Assembly (NCBI GenBank): GCA_039586795.1
Contig: JBDHJS010000017.1
Location: 51,168 to 115,167 of the forward strand
DNA: 64,000 nt
Direction: 5' to 3'
Source: Gemmatimonadota bacterium
Lineage (GTDB): Bacteria; Gemmatimonadota; Gemmatimonadetes; Palauibacterales; KS3-K002
Positions 31,677 to 39,409 of this stretch are shown here, one piece after another. The notes beneath the pieces are model-generated. The model did no database searches, had not been told where the DNA came from, and saw only the letters and a program-made list of their open reading frames with translations. The position numbers were made by a program, and so were the translations under genes. Numbering within the stretch: position 1 is the first letter of the stretch; every line of letters starts with the position of its first letter.

Positions 31677-32156
31677 CTACGGAATCAGCGGCAGCTCCGT
31701 CTGCACCTGCAGCAGGATCAGGTTGGTGATGGTACGCTCCAACTGAAGCCAACGAGCCGCGGTTCTTGAATCGACGTCCTTGTTGAACTTCTTGAAGTAA
31801 TCCTTCCGCAGCTTGATCCGGTCTTCCTCGATCTTGATGCTCGTCTCGGCCAACTCCTTCGCCTTCTCATCCGTCATCGTCTCGAAACTATCGGCGAAGT
31901 CCTTGATCAACGCGATGTAACGGTCCGAAATCGCCGCCAGCTTGGTGTCGTACTCGCGGTAGATCGGCCAAAAGGCGGAACCCTGCTCGTCGGTGAGCTC
32001 CAAAGCCTCCGTGAGGAGCGCCACCTTTTGGGTCTGGATGTCCGACCTCAGGAGCTCGATGTACCTGTCGTAGCTCTCCTGCCCGAAGGCCGACGAGAGC
32101 GGGGCCAGGACCAGGCCCAGGACCGCTACCGCTATAACATGCTTGAGCGCGCGCAT
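31677..32156 (-). CDS. Periplasmic helical protein
   Basis: Signal peptide; LELTDEQGSAFWPIYREY motif of a widespread helical periplasmic family. Confidence 0.75.
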   Translation of the reverse strand: MRALKHVIAVAVLGLVLAPLSSAFGQESYDRYIELLRSDIQTQKVALLTEALELTDEQGSAFWPIYREYDTKLAAISDRYIALIKDFADSFETMTDEKAKELAETSIKIEEDRIKLRKDYFKKFNKDVDSRTAARWLQLERTITNLILLQVQTELPLIP

Positions 32157-32261
32157 ATGAACCCTCCAGTTGAGGCGACTTGCTCAGTTCGTGTATGACG
32201 GCCCGGAAGTTAGGCCGGGCCAGACCTTCGTCAAGGGATTATATTGCCGCGCAAGATGCGC

Positions 32262-32894
32262 ATGCCCATCACACTCACGAAACTCGCGGCGGCGATCGCG
32301 CTGGCACTCTGTCTGGCGCCGGCCGCGCGCGCGCAGGACAGCGACGACTCTGACTGGACCCGGGTCGCCGGCGGCGCCCTCGGACTGTACTCGGGCGCCG
32401 TGCTCGGTTCGCTGGGCACGCTGATCCCGTGCACCCAGACCTACGAGGGACCGAAGTGCGTGTGGGCCGGCGGCGCGATCGGCGGCGCGGTGGGGCTGGC
32501 GAGCGGGATCTATTTGGGCGGTGTCGACAAGAGCGCCGTCGAGCGCTCGGCGAAGGGCGCGGCGTTCGGCTTGCTGGCGGGCTCCGCCGTCGGCCTCGTG
32601 GTCAGATACACGGTTCAGCGCTCCGGTTGGGGCGATGTGGTTTCGGGGGGCATGGTCGGAGCCGCCATCGGAGCGTCGGCCAAGGGCGCCGCCCTGGGTT
32701 TCGCCGCCGGCTCATTTGTGGGGCTGGCCCTGTGGCGGATCTTCCCCGACTTCGATCTTCCCAATGCGGTCGGCGTCGCCTTCGCGGGTATGGCGGTGGG
32801 CGGCATCAGCTACTGGACGATTCAGGGTCTCCAGGCGGACGACGAAGATGGCAACGGGCAGCCGCTTACTCTTTCCTTCAACCTATCCTTCTGA
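32262..32894 (+). CDS. Secreted glycine-zipper-rich membrane protein
   Basis: Signal peptide (AARA-Q); multiple GxxxG helices; C-terminal PLTLSFNLSF. Confidence 0.7.
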   Translation: MPITLTKLAAAIALALCLAPAARAQDSDDSDWTRVAGGALGLYSGAVLGSLGTLIPCTQTYEGPKCVWAGGAIGGAVGLASGIYLGGVDKSAVERSAKGAAFGLLAGSAVGLVVRYTVQRSGWGDVVSGGMVGAAIGASAKGAALGFAAGSFVGLALWRIFPDFDLPNAVGVAFAGMAVGGISYWTIQGLQADDEDGNGQPLTLSFNLSF

Positions 32895-32897
32895 ACG

Positions 32898-34058
32898 GTG
32901 ATGCAGCGCGCGCTCGCTCCAGCTCTCATCGCCCTGGCGTTTGCGCCGGCGTGCACGATGCACTACGGGATGCAGCCCAAGCCCGACCCGGCGTGCCCCA
33001 CAAAAGGTGAAAGCGCTACGGCGATCGATTGGTACGAGCCCGAACGAGAGGGCGACGTCAAATCGTTGGACGCCTGGTGCCGCACCGTCGGACCCGTCGT
33101 GGTCGATTCTCTACCGGCCCATGACTTCGGCCCGCATGGCACGGCCGACTCGCTGATCGTGGTGACGTGGAATGTCCACGGCGGAGCGGCAGACCCGTTG
33201 TCCTTCTTGAGCGAAGAACTGGGCCTATCCTGCACCTCGGCCGGTCCGAACATCGGTCCAGGCTTCGGACATTTCGTGCTGCTGCTGCAGGAGGTCTTTC
33301 GTCGCTCCGACTCGCTGCCCGTCGTTCAAAAGGGCTCGACGATCCCGCCACCGCTCAAAGAGGAACACCGGCCTGGTGAGCGCATCGACATCGCGGAGCT
33401 CGCGGAGCGCTGCGGTCTGGCGCTCATCTACATCCCATCGATGCGCAACGGCGCGAGCGAAGAAGGTGGTACGGGCGAGGACCGGGGCAACGCGATTCTC
33501 TCGACGTTGCCGCTCTCCGACTTCATAGCGGTCGAGCTGCCGTTCGAAGCGCAACGGCGCGTCGGCGTGGCGGCGACGATTCACAGCCCAACCGGAGACA
33601 GCCTTCGCGTGGTCAGTCTCCACCTTGATGTGTCATCGAGTCTGGAGCGAACGCTGCGGACTGGAAACTCCACACGACTCCGCCAGGGACTGGGACTCGT
33701 TGAAGCGCTCAGGGATGTCGAGCTTTCACGCGCCGCGGGCTACGACCCCGCGCTGGCCGCCTGCTATCCCGAATGTCCTCCGGGTGCAGAAGTCCGTTAC
33801 ACGATAGCAACGATCGCGGCGGGGGACTTCAACACCTGGTCCAACGACGACACCGCGCTCCTCCACCTCAGAGAGCACTTCCCCGACTCCCCGGATTGGG
33901 ATGGACTTCCGACGAAGAACGCCTATCCCGCGGATCACATACTCTTCCGTGAGGCGGCCGACGGAGGAATCGATTGGGTCGAGGGCACGTACCGCCGCAT
34001 CGAGGATCGGTACCACTCGGATCACTGGGCGCGGTCGCTACTGATGAGATGGCCTTAG
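32898..34058 (+). CDS. EEP (endonuclease/exonuclease/phosphatase) family lipoprotein
   Basis: APAC lipobox-like; VTWNV, LLQEV, GNAILS, HLD, AGDFNT, DHI, SDH catalytic motifs. Confidence 0.88.
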   Translation: MMQRALAPALIALAFAPACTMHYGMQPKPDPACPTKGESATAIDWYEPEREGDVKSLDAWCRTVGPVVVDSLPAHDFGPHGTADSLIVVTWNVHGGAADPLSFLSEELGLSCTSAGPNIGPGFGHFVLLLQEVFRRSDSLPVVQKGSTIPPPLKEEHRPGERIDIAELAERCGLALIYIPSMRNGASEEGGTGEDRGNAILSTLPLSDFIAVELPFEAQRRVGVAATIHSPTGDSLRVVSLHLDVSSSLERTLRTGNSTRLRQGLGLVEALRDVELSRAAGYDPALAACYPECPPGAEVRYTIATIAAGDFNTWSNDDTALLHLREHFPDSPDWDGLPTKNAYPADHILFREAADGGIDWVEGTYRRIEDRYHSDHWARSLLMRWP

Positions 34059-34193
34059 GATTCGGGGATTCGGGGATTACGAGGGTCGGGGATTGAATCG
34101 GGGATTGAGTTGGGGATAGAGAAATCGGGGAGCGGGCAACGCCCGACTCCCCGATTCCCTGAAACCCTGAATCTCGTAATCCCAGAATCCCTA
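34058..34193. repeat. REP-like palindromic element built from GGGGATT units and their complements
   Basis: Five to six ggggat(t) units on the left, aatccc/ccga units on the right, central hairpin aatcggggag...ctccccgatt; lies between convergent genes. Confidence 0.7.
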
Positions 34194-34796
34194 CTGCCAG
34201 GCCACTCCTACGCCGAAGGCGAAGTAGGTCTGGGACTCGAGGCTGCCTGCGGCCGCCTGCCAATGGAAACGGGCAAACGCGAACGCTGCCGATCGCCAAC
34301 CCGCGGGGAAGGCGATACCGGCATCCGCCGCCAGAGTGAACGGCCAGGTGTCGTCCTCGATGATCACGCCACCCAGGTTGACGCGGTGCTCTGAGAAACT
34401 GAGACCCGCGCCGCCGCCCAGGTACGGCCGGGCGCCACCCCTCTGCCCGAAGAAGTAATGCGCCATGACCATGAGCGGGAACGAATTGATCGTCCGGATC
34501 TGGTATCCCTGAACATCGAAACCCACTGCGTCGCCCTCGAAACCGACCACCGAGTCTGTCTCGGCGTTCATCACCTGCCAGCCGAGGGAGAAACCGATGG
34601 ATACGTTCGGCTTGACGATCCTGCGGCCTTCCATGGTGACGCCGCGCCAGCTCCAGCCGGCGGCGAAGTCCTTCGTGTTACCCACCGGCAGGACCGGTGT
34701 GTACGCGAATCCGAAGAAGTAGTCATCCTGCGCGTAGGCCTTGCCACCGCACAGGACGAGGGCGATCAAAACAGATACGAGAACTCTCGTCTTCAT
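34191..34796 (-). CDS. Small outer-membrane beta-barrel protein (OmpW-like)
   Basis: Signal peptide; FPLMVMAHYFF, RPYLGGGAG; ends FGVGVAWQ. Confidence 0.82.
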   Translation of the reverse strand: MKTRVLVSVLIALVLCGGKAYAQDDYFFGFAYTPVLPVGNTKDFAAGWSWRGVTMEGRRIVKPNVSIGFSLGWQVMNAETDSVVGFEGDAVGFDVQGYQIRTINSFPLMVMAHYFFGQRGGARPYLGGGAGLSFSEHRVNLGGVIIEDDTWPFTLAADAGIAFPAGWRSAAFAFARFHWQAAAGSLESQTYFAFGVGVAWQ

Positions 34797-34827
34797 GTCT
34801 CTATCCTCAATCCTCTAGTGGCTCGTC

Positions 34828-35532
34828 CTACTGGTTGACCTGCAAGTAAGGCGACTGGCTGAACGCCTGATTGAACGCGCGGTTGACCCGGCCGCAATCA
34901 CCGCTGCCGGAAACGTTCGACAGGACGCCGTTCATCGCCGCCGTCCACGGCACGCGATAGAGCGTGTCGCCTTCCTCCGGCGGCGCGACCATGTCCATGA
35001 ACATGGTGCCCGTCGTATAGCTCGAGACGCCGCCTGTGAAGCAGCAGCCCCAGCCGGGCCACCAGCCGCCCCACCAGCCGCCCCACCAGCCGCCCCAACC
35101 CCAGCCGGGCCACCAACCGCCCCAGGCGACCCAGTTCTGGTTCATGGTGCCTTCGACCAGCAGCACCACATCGGGGGTGTCTGGGTTGATCGCGCCGGGC
35201 GTCGTGTCAAAGGTGACGCGGGTCCAGCCATAGGCCGCCATGTTGTCCGCGACTGTCCTCAGGATATCTCCATCGCAGCCGCGCGGCAGGTTCAGCGTGT
35301 CGCTGGCATTCGTCGTGTCACGGAACTGGATGATGGTATCGGGCATGAAGTACTTCGAGTCTGTACCCCATGGCCACTGCAGGGAATACCTCGTCCCCGT
35401 GATGTCGGTCTGCGCGTTGCTCGTGATCTCTCCCGGGTAACAGGCCCAGATGACCAGTCCGAGCCCCAACAGGACCAGGGCCGGTCGAGCAGCGCCCAGT
35501 ATCCGGATGCGCCCAAACGAGGCAATCTTCAT
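34828..35532 (-). CDS. DUF4136-like lipoprotein with Trp/Gly-rich loop
   Basis: IWAC lipobox; PDVVL, WGGWWPGWG repeat, SYTTGTMFMDM, NQAFSQSPYL. Confidence 0.8.
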   Translation of the reverse strand: MKIASFGRIRILGAARPALVLLGLGLVIWACYPGEITSNAQTDITGTRYSLQWPWGTDSKYFMPDTIIQFRDTTNASDTLNLPRGCDGDILRTVADNMAAYGWTRVTFDTTPGAINPDTPDVVLLVEGTMNQNWVAWGGWWPGWGWGGWWGGWWGGWWPGWGCCFTGGVSSYTTGTMFMDMVAPPEEGDTLYRVPWTAAMNGVLSNVSGSGDCGRVNRAFNQAFSQSPYLQVNQ

Positions 35533-35705
35533 TGCCGTTTCCTCCTTGTTGTACTCAGCTGTTGTTCCACCAAAATTGGCAACCCATAGCTACCACGCCG
35601 CCCGTGCCAAGTCAAGCAGGCACCCCTTACTTTGACATCCTGCGGCCTGCTAGCGTTGCCGCGTCCAGACGAATCGCGAGCCGAGACAGGTTTGTTCCCC
35701 GACGG

Positions 35706-36251
35706 CTACTTGGAATCCGGTGGAAATCGCTTCAAGATTTCGGCCGTCACGTCGTTGACGGCCCGCGTGATCTGCTCGGCGGTCGGATTGCTCGCCAGCG
35801 CGCCCTGCGCCCAACCGCGCCAGGCAACTTCCTCCTGCTCCACGTCGATCACATCGATGATCAGAGTGCCCTCCGTCCACTGCCGCGCGTGGGCTTGCAT
35901 TCCCCCGTACGGATAGTAGCCCCACCCGGTGTAGTAGCTGCGAACGTCTACCTTATCTTGCGTGGACAAAAGGAAGTTCACGACGAAGTCCGGCGTGCCC
36001 GAGATATCTCGCGTATAACCCTTCGCCTCGAGCTCGTTCTGGACGGCGTTTTTCACCCGGCGCTCGACCAACTGATCCATACCCCTATCCAGCTGGATCG
36101 TCGGGTCTACGATCTCTATCCACTGCCAAGTCCGGTATCCGGAGAACGCAATCTCCGGATTGAAGTCGGAGTTAAAGGACGTCGAAGAGCAGCCGACGCT
36201 CAGCGCGGCCACCAGCCCGAAGGCCCAATACGATCGGACACGTTGCCTCAT
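35706..36251 (-). CDS. DUF4136 lipoprotein
   Basis: SVGC lipobox; FSGYRTWQW, ELEAKGY, PDFVV, EGTLIIDVID, WRGWA, ILKRFPP. Confidence 0.88.
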   Translation of the reverse strand: MRQRVRSYWAFGLVAALSVGCSSTSFNSDFNPEIAFSGYRTWQWIEIVDPTIQLDRGMDQLVERRVKNAVQNELEAKGYTRDISGTPDFVVNFLLSTQDKVDVRSYYTGWGYYPYGGMQAHARQWTEGTLIIDVIDVEQEEVAWRGWAQGALASNPTAEQITRAVNDVTAEILKRFPPDSK

Positions 36252-36477
36252 GGATCATCTCTCCTGGAAATTGGTATAGCAAAGGTAGCAGAAACGTAGA
36301 TCCCGGTTACCCCCTCCGGATACATACCAACGCGCAGCACGATCCCCGGTCTCATCCCCATCAGGCATAGTGTAACCTGTCACACCTGCCGCTTGACGGG
36401 GTTCACTACCAACCCGGGTCACGATAGATTGCGCCGGCGTTCGCACAGCGAACGCCCTACGATCGCGAGGCGATAGG

Positions 36478-37713
36478 ATCTTTAGAAAGCTCACTTCCCC
36501 GGTCATCCCGAACGGCCTATTCCTAGCCGCGGCGTTCCTCATCCTCACCTGGGAGCCGGCGCGCGCCTGGGGCGCCGAGTTCGCCCCCGCTTACCGGGCG
36601 GTCTATATCATTAGCATCATCCAGTGCTGGCGGTTCCACCGTGCCCGGATGATGATGGCCCTGGTCATACTGTTCCTCGTCGACCTCATGCTGAGCCAGT
36701 ACGCGGGAGTAGGGCTGTCGCAGGCAGGAGACGGTCACGTCGTCTACAATTTGATCGCGGTGCTGCTCCCGATAAACCTGCTGGCGCTGTCATTGCTGCC
36801 CGAGCGGGGACCGCTGACAGTTCAGGGGATCGCACATTGGGCGGCAATCGTCATTCAGCCTGCCGCGGTGATCCAGTTGTTCAAGTCGCGTAATCAGGAC
36901 TTCTTTGGCTTTTTGGATTTCAGAGTCCTTGGCGACGCTAGCCCGGCGTGGACGGACGTTCCGGATCTATCCTTCGTACTCTTCGTCATCGCGTTCGGCA
37001 TCCTACTCGGTCGCTACATCTGGCGGCCCGACGCCGAGCGCAACACGCTCGCCTGGGTAATCATCGCCTCCTTCCTCGCCCTCACTCCTGGCTTCGGTGG
37101 TCTCGAGTCGACGACCTACCTGGCGACGGCGGGCCTGATGATCATCGTGTCGGTTGCGGACACGTCCTATCGACTCGCGTTCCAGGATGCGCTTACCGGC
37201 CTGCCGACGCGCCGCGGGATGTACGAGTTGATCTACCAAGCCAGCCACGCCAACTACACCGTCGGGATGGTCGACGTCGATCACTTCAAGGCGTTCAACG
37301 ACAAGCACGGCCACGACGTGGGGGACCAGGTGTTGCGCATGGTTGCTGCGGTCATGGCGAAGGTAGGTGGAGGCGGCAAAGCATTTCGTTACGGCGGCGA
37401 GGAGTTCGCGGTCATCTTCCCCGGTAAGAAGGTCGAGCAGACACAGGAGCACCTCGAGAAGCTCCGCGCCACAATCGCCGGAAGAGTGTTCGTCATTCGC
37501 GGTCCGGGACGACCGCGTAAGAAACCGGACATCCCAAAGCAGGTCGGGAAACGACAGGCGCTCAAAGTCAGCGTCAGCATCGGCGCCGCCGACAACGCTT
37601 TCAAGGAGCACGAGCAGCCAGACGAAGTCATCAAGGCCGCCGACGAAGCGCTCTACGCCGCGAAAGAGGCGGGCCGGAATCGGGTGCGCATCCGGGCGAA
37701 ACCGAAGATCTAG
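36478..37713 (+). CDS. Membrane-bound diguanylate cyclase (GGDEF)
   Basis: DALTGL, DVDHFKAFND, GHDVGD, RYGGEEF, SVSIG, ADEALYAAKEAGRN; frame open upstream of the ORF-track ATG (36649); start placed tentatively at ATC 36478. Confidence 0.88.
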   Translation: MFRKLTSPVIPNGLFLAAAFLILTWEPARAWGAEFAPAYRAVYIISIIQCWRFHRARMMMALVILFLVDLMLSQYAGVGLSQAGDGHVVYNLIAVLLPINLLALSLLPERGPLTVQGIAHWAAIVIQPAAVIQLFKSRNQDFFGFLDFRVLGDASPAWTDVPDLSFVLFVIAFGILLGRYIWRPDAERNTLAWVIIASFLALTPGFGGLESTTYLATAGLMIIVSVADTSYRLAFQDALTGLPTRRGMYELIYQASHANYTVGMVDVDHFKAFNDKHGHDVGDQVLRMVAAVMAKVGGGGKAFRYGGEEFAVIFPGKKVEQTQEHLEKLRATIAGRVFVIRGPGRPRKKPDIPKQVGKRQALKVSVSIGAADNAFKEHEQPDEVIKAADEALYAAKEAGRNRVRIRAKPKI

Positions 37714-37748
37714 TACGAATCATTTCTCCGCAGCTCCCCTCCTCAATT

Positions 37749-38375
37749 TCAACTCGTCCCCATCTCCGGCGTCATGCTCTCGGCGCGTTGTTTGATGCCG
37801 AGCATGTGCTTCCGCATCATGATGATCTCGAAGAAGTCCATCATGAGCTTCGATCTGATGGTTGGCGCCCGCACACGGAGTCGTGTCACCAGGCGCGTCT
37901 GGCCCGTTCCCGTTGGATAGAGACCCCACGCCCACGTCCAGGTGGCGTCATGCTCGATCACCAGTAGCATGGCTCTCTCGTGCTCCAGCACGACGACCTC
38001 GGCATCCACCGTTGCCGTTAACGGGATCGCATCGCCCTCTCTCAAGCCCTGATACATAGGCATGATCGTGTCGGAGCTCGGGATACCATCGTTGTCCAGG
38101 CGGTCATGACTGTAGAAACCGGCCCTCCGGTATCCGATCTGGATGATCCACGGCCAGATCGCGGACGGTGCTGCGTGGACGGTGACGCTTCGCGTCGCGT
38201 TGAAGGTCGGCGCGGGCACGATGCTGTCGCCCGGCATCAACTGAGAGACTTCCTCGTCCGTCGCTCCCCAGTTCAGAGCCCATGGACGATAGACAAACCA
38301 GAGCAGCACGAACGCGCCGATGAATACGATCGCCAACGCGGAAGCCCAAAGACGAAACTTTCTCGATCGGAACAT
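37749..38375 (-). CDS. SRPBCC-like conserved membrane-anchored protein
   Basis: WGATDEEV..MPGD, ATRSVTV, IWPWIIQIGY.RAGFYS, MMRKHMLGIKQRAE. Confidence 0.8.
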   Translation of the reverse strand: MFRSRKFRLWASALAIVFIGAFVLLWFVYRPWALNWGATDEEVSQLMPGDSIVPAPTFNATRSVTVHAAPSAIWPWIIQIGYRRAGFYSHDRLDNDGIPSSDTIMPMYQGLREGDAIPLTATVDAEVVVLEHERAMLLVIEHDATWTWAWGLYPTGTGQTRLVTRLRVRAPTIRSKLMMDFFEIIMMRKHMLGIKQRAESMTPEMGTS

Positions 38376-38385
38376 GCTGGCCTCG

Positions 38386-38598
38386 CTACTCTTTCCACTC
38401 GAAGACATCTTCGACAGTCATGCCGAACGTGCGCGCGATACGGAACGCCAGTGCCAGCGACGGAACGTAGCGACCCTGCTCGAGCATCACGATGGTTTGC
38501 CGCGTGCACTCCGCCCGCGTAGCGAGCTCTTGCTGCGTCATCTCGCCGTGCTGGAAGCGCAGCGCGCGGATCCGGTTCTTGATCTCAGCTTTCGCCAT
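38386..38598 (-). CDS. XRE-family HTH regulator
   Basis: NRIRALR...MTQQELA...TRQTI..LEQGRYVPSLALAFRIA. Confidence 0.92.
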   Translation of the reverse strand: MAKAEIKNRIRALRFQHGEMTQQELATRAECTRQTIVMLEQGRYVPSLALAFRIARTFGMTVEDVFEWKE

Positions 38599-39160
38599 GA
38601 CCGTGCCACCCCGCGTATCCCATCAAGATGCCGACCTCGCGACCGAGCAGCGCCGCGATGAACGTGGTCCAGAGCATGAACGTTGGATAATCGATGGGGA
38701 CAGCCTTGGCCTCCCAGTAGACCTCGGTGAGGCCGACGACCCAAACGACGAGCGTCAGGAAGCCGGCGATCAACGCCACGGCCAGCGCTCGCGTCATGAT
38801 CGCCCGGTCCCGCTCATCTGCTAGCACTTCTGATTCGCGCGCCTGCGTCAGTCTCAGCACGACGAAGTATGAGATGAAACCCGCCGCGAAGATGGCGTAC
38901 GTGAGGAATCGGGTTGTTGGTTGTTGGGAATAGTTCGCCGGGCCGGCCGCCGACACGACGGCGACCAGCGCGATCGACATGACGGCCCCGATGCCGAGGC
39001 CCCACCAGGCGCGTTTCTGCTGCGGAGTCATCGGGAGGTCAGCGTCCTCTTCCCTCGAGGACGCCGCTCGACGGAATCCGCCGCGGACGAAGGTCTTCAG
39101 GCCGAGGGCGAATAGCACGAAGCCTACGGCGGCGGCGACGATCCAGATCCAAGGTGACAT
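38585..39160 (-). CDS. DUF2178-like membrane protein
   Basis: Multi-TM with DERDRAI motif; overlaps the XRE gene. Confidence 0.75.
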   Translation of the reverse strand: MSPWIWIVAAAVGFVLFALGLKTFVRGGFRRAASSREEDADLPMTPQQKRAWWGLGIGAVMSIALVAVVSAAGPANYSQQPTTRFLTYAIFAAGFISYFVVLRLTQARESEVLADERDRAIMTRALAVALIAGFLTLVVWVVGLTEVYWEAKAVPIDYPTFMLWTTFIAALLGREVGILMGYAGWHGHGES

Positions 39161-39184
39161 AATATCTTTCTCCTACACAGCTAG

Positions 39185-39247
39185 GTCAGGTTTATTGGAC
39201 ATATAGTATGATATTTTTGTCATTGTGTCAAGTATTTTGGACATATG
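39185..39247 (-). promoter_or_regulatory. Sigma70 promoter overlapped by three 21-bp operator repeats
   Basis: Minus strand TTGACA (39231-39226), 17 bp, TACTAT (39208-39203); repeats gtcaggtttattggacatat / gtatgatatttttgtcattg / gtcaagtattttggacatat at 39185, 39206, 39227. Confidence 0.75.
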
Positions 39248-39304
39248 CTGGCGACGGTGCTGTTGTTGGAGATGTTGAAGTCGCGGGCGCGGGCGGTGAG
39301 GCGC

Positions 39305-39327
39305 GGGCGACGACGGGGCGTTGACGT
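39305..39327 (+). repeat. 23-bp direct repeat, copy 1
   Basis: gggcgacgacggggcgttgacgt, identical to 41823-41845. Confidence 0.85.
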
Positions 39328-39409
39328 CGACGTCGACGGGGGATGTGAGGCAACCCGGGGGGAGTTGAGGTCATCAAAAGGACTATAATAGGGAAATGGA
39401 GATTGCCCG

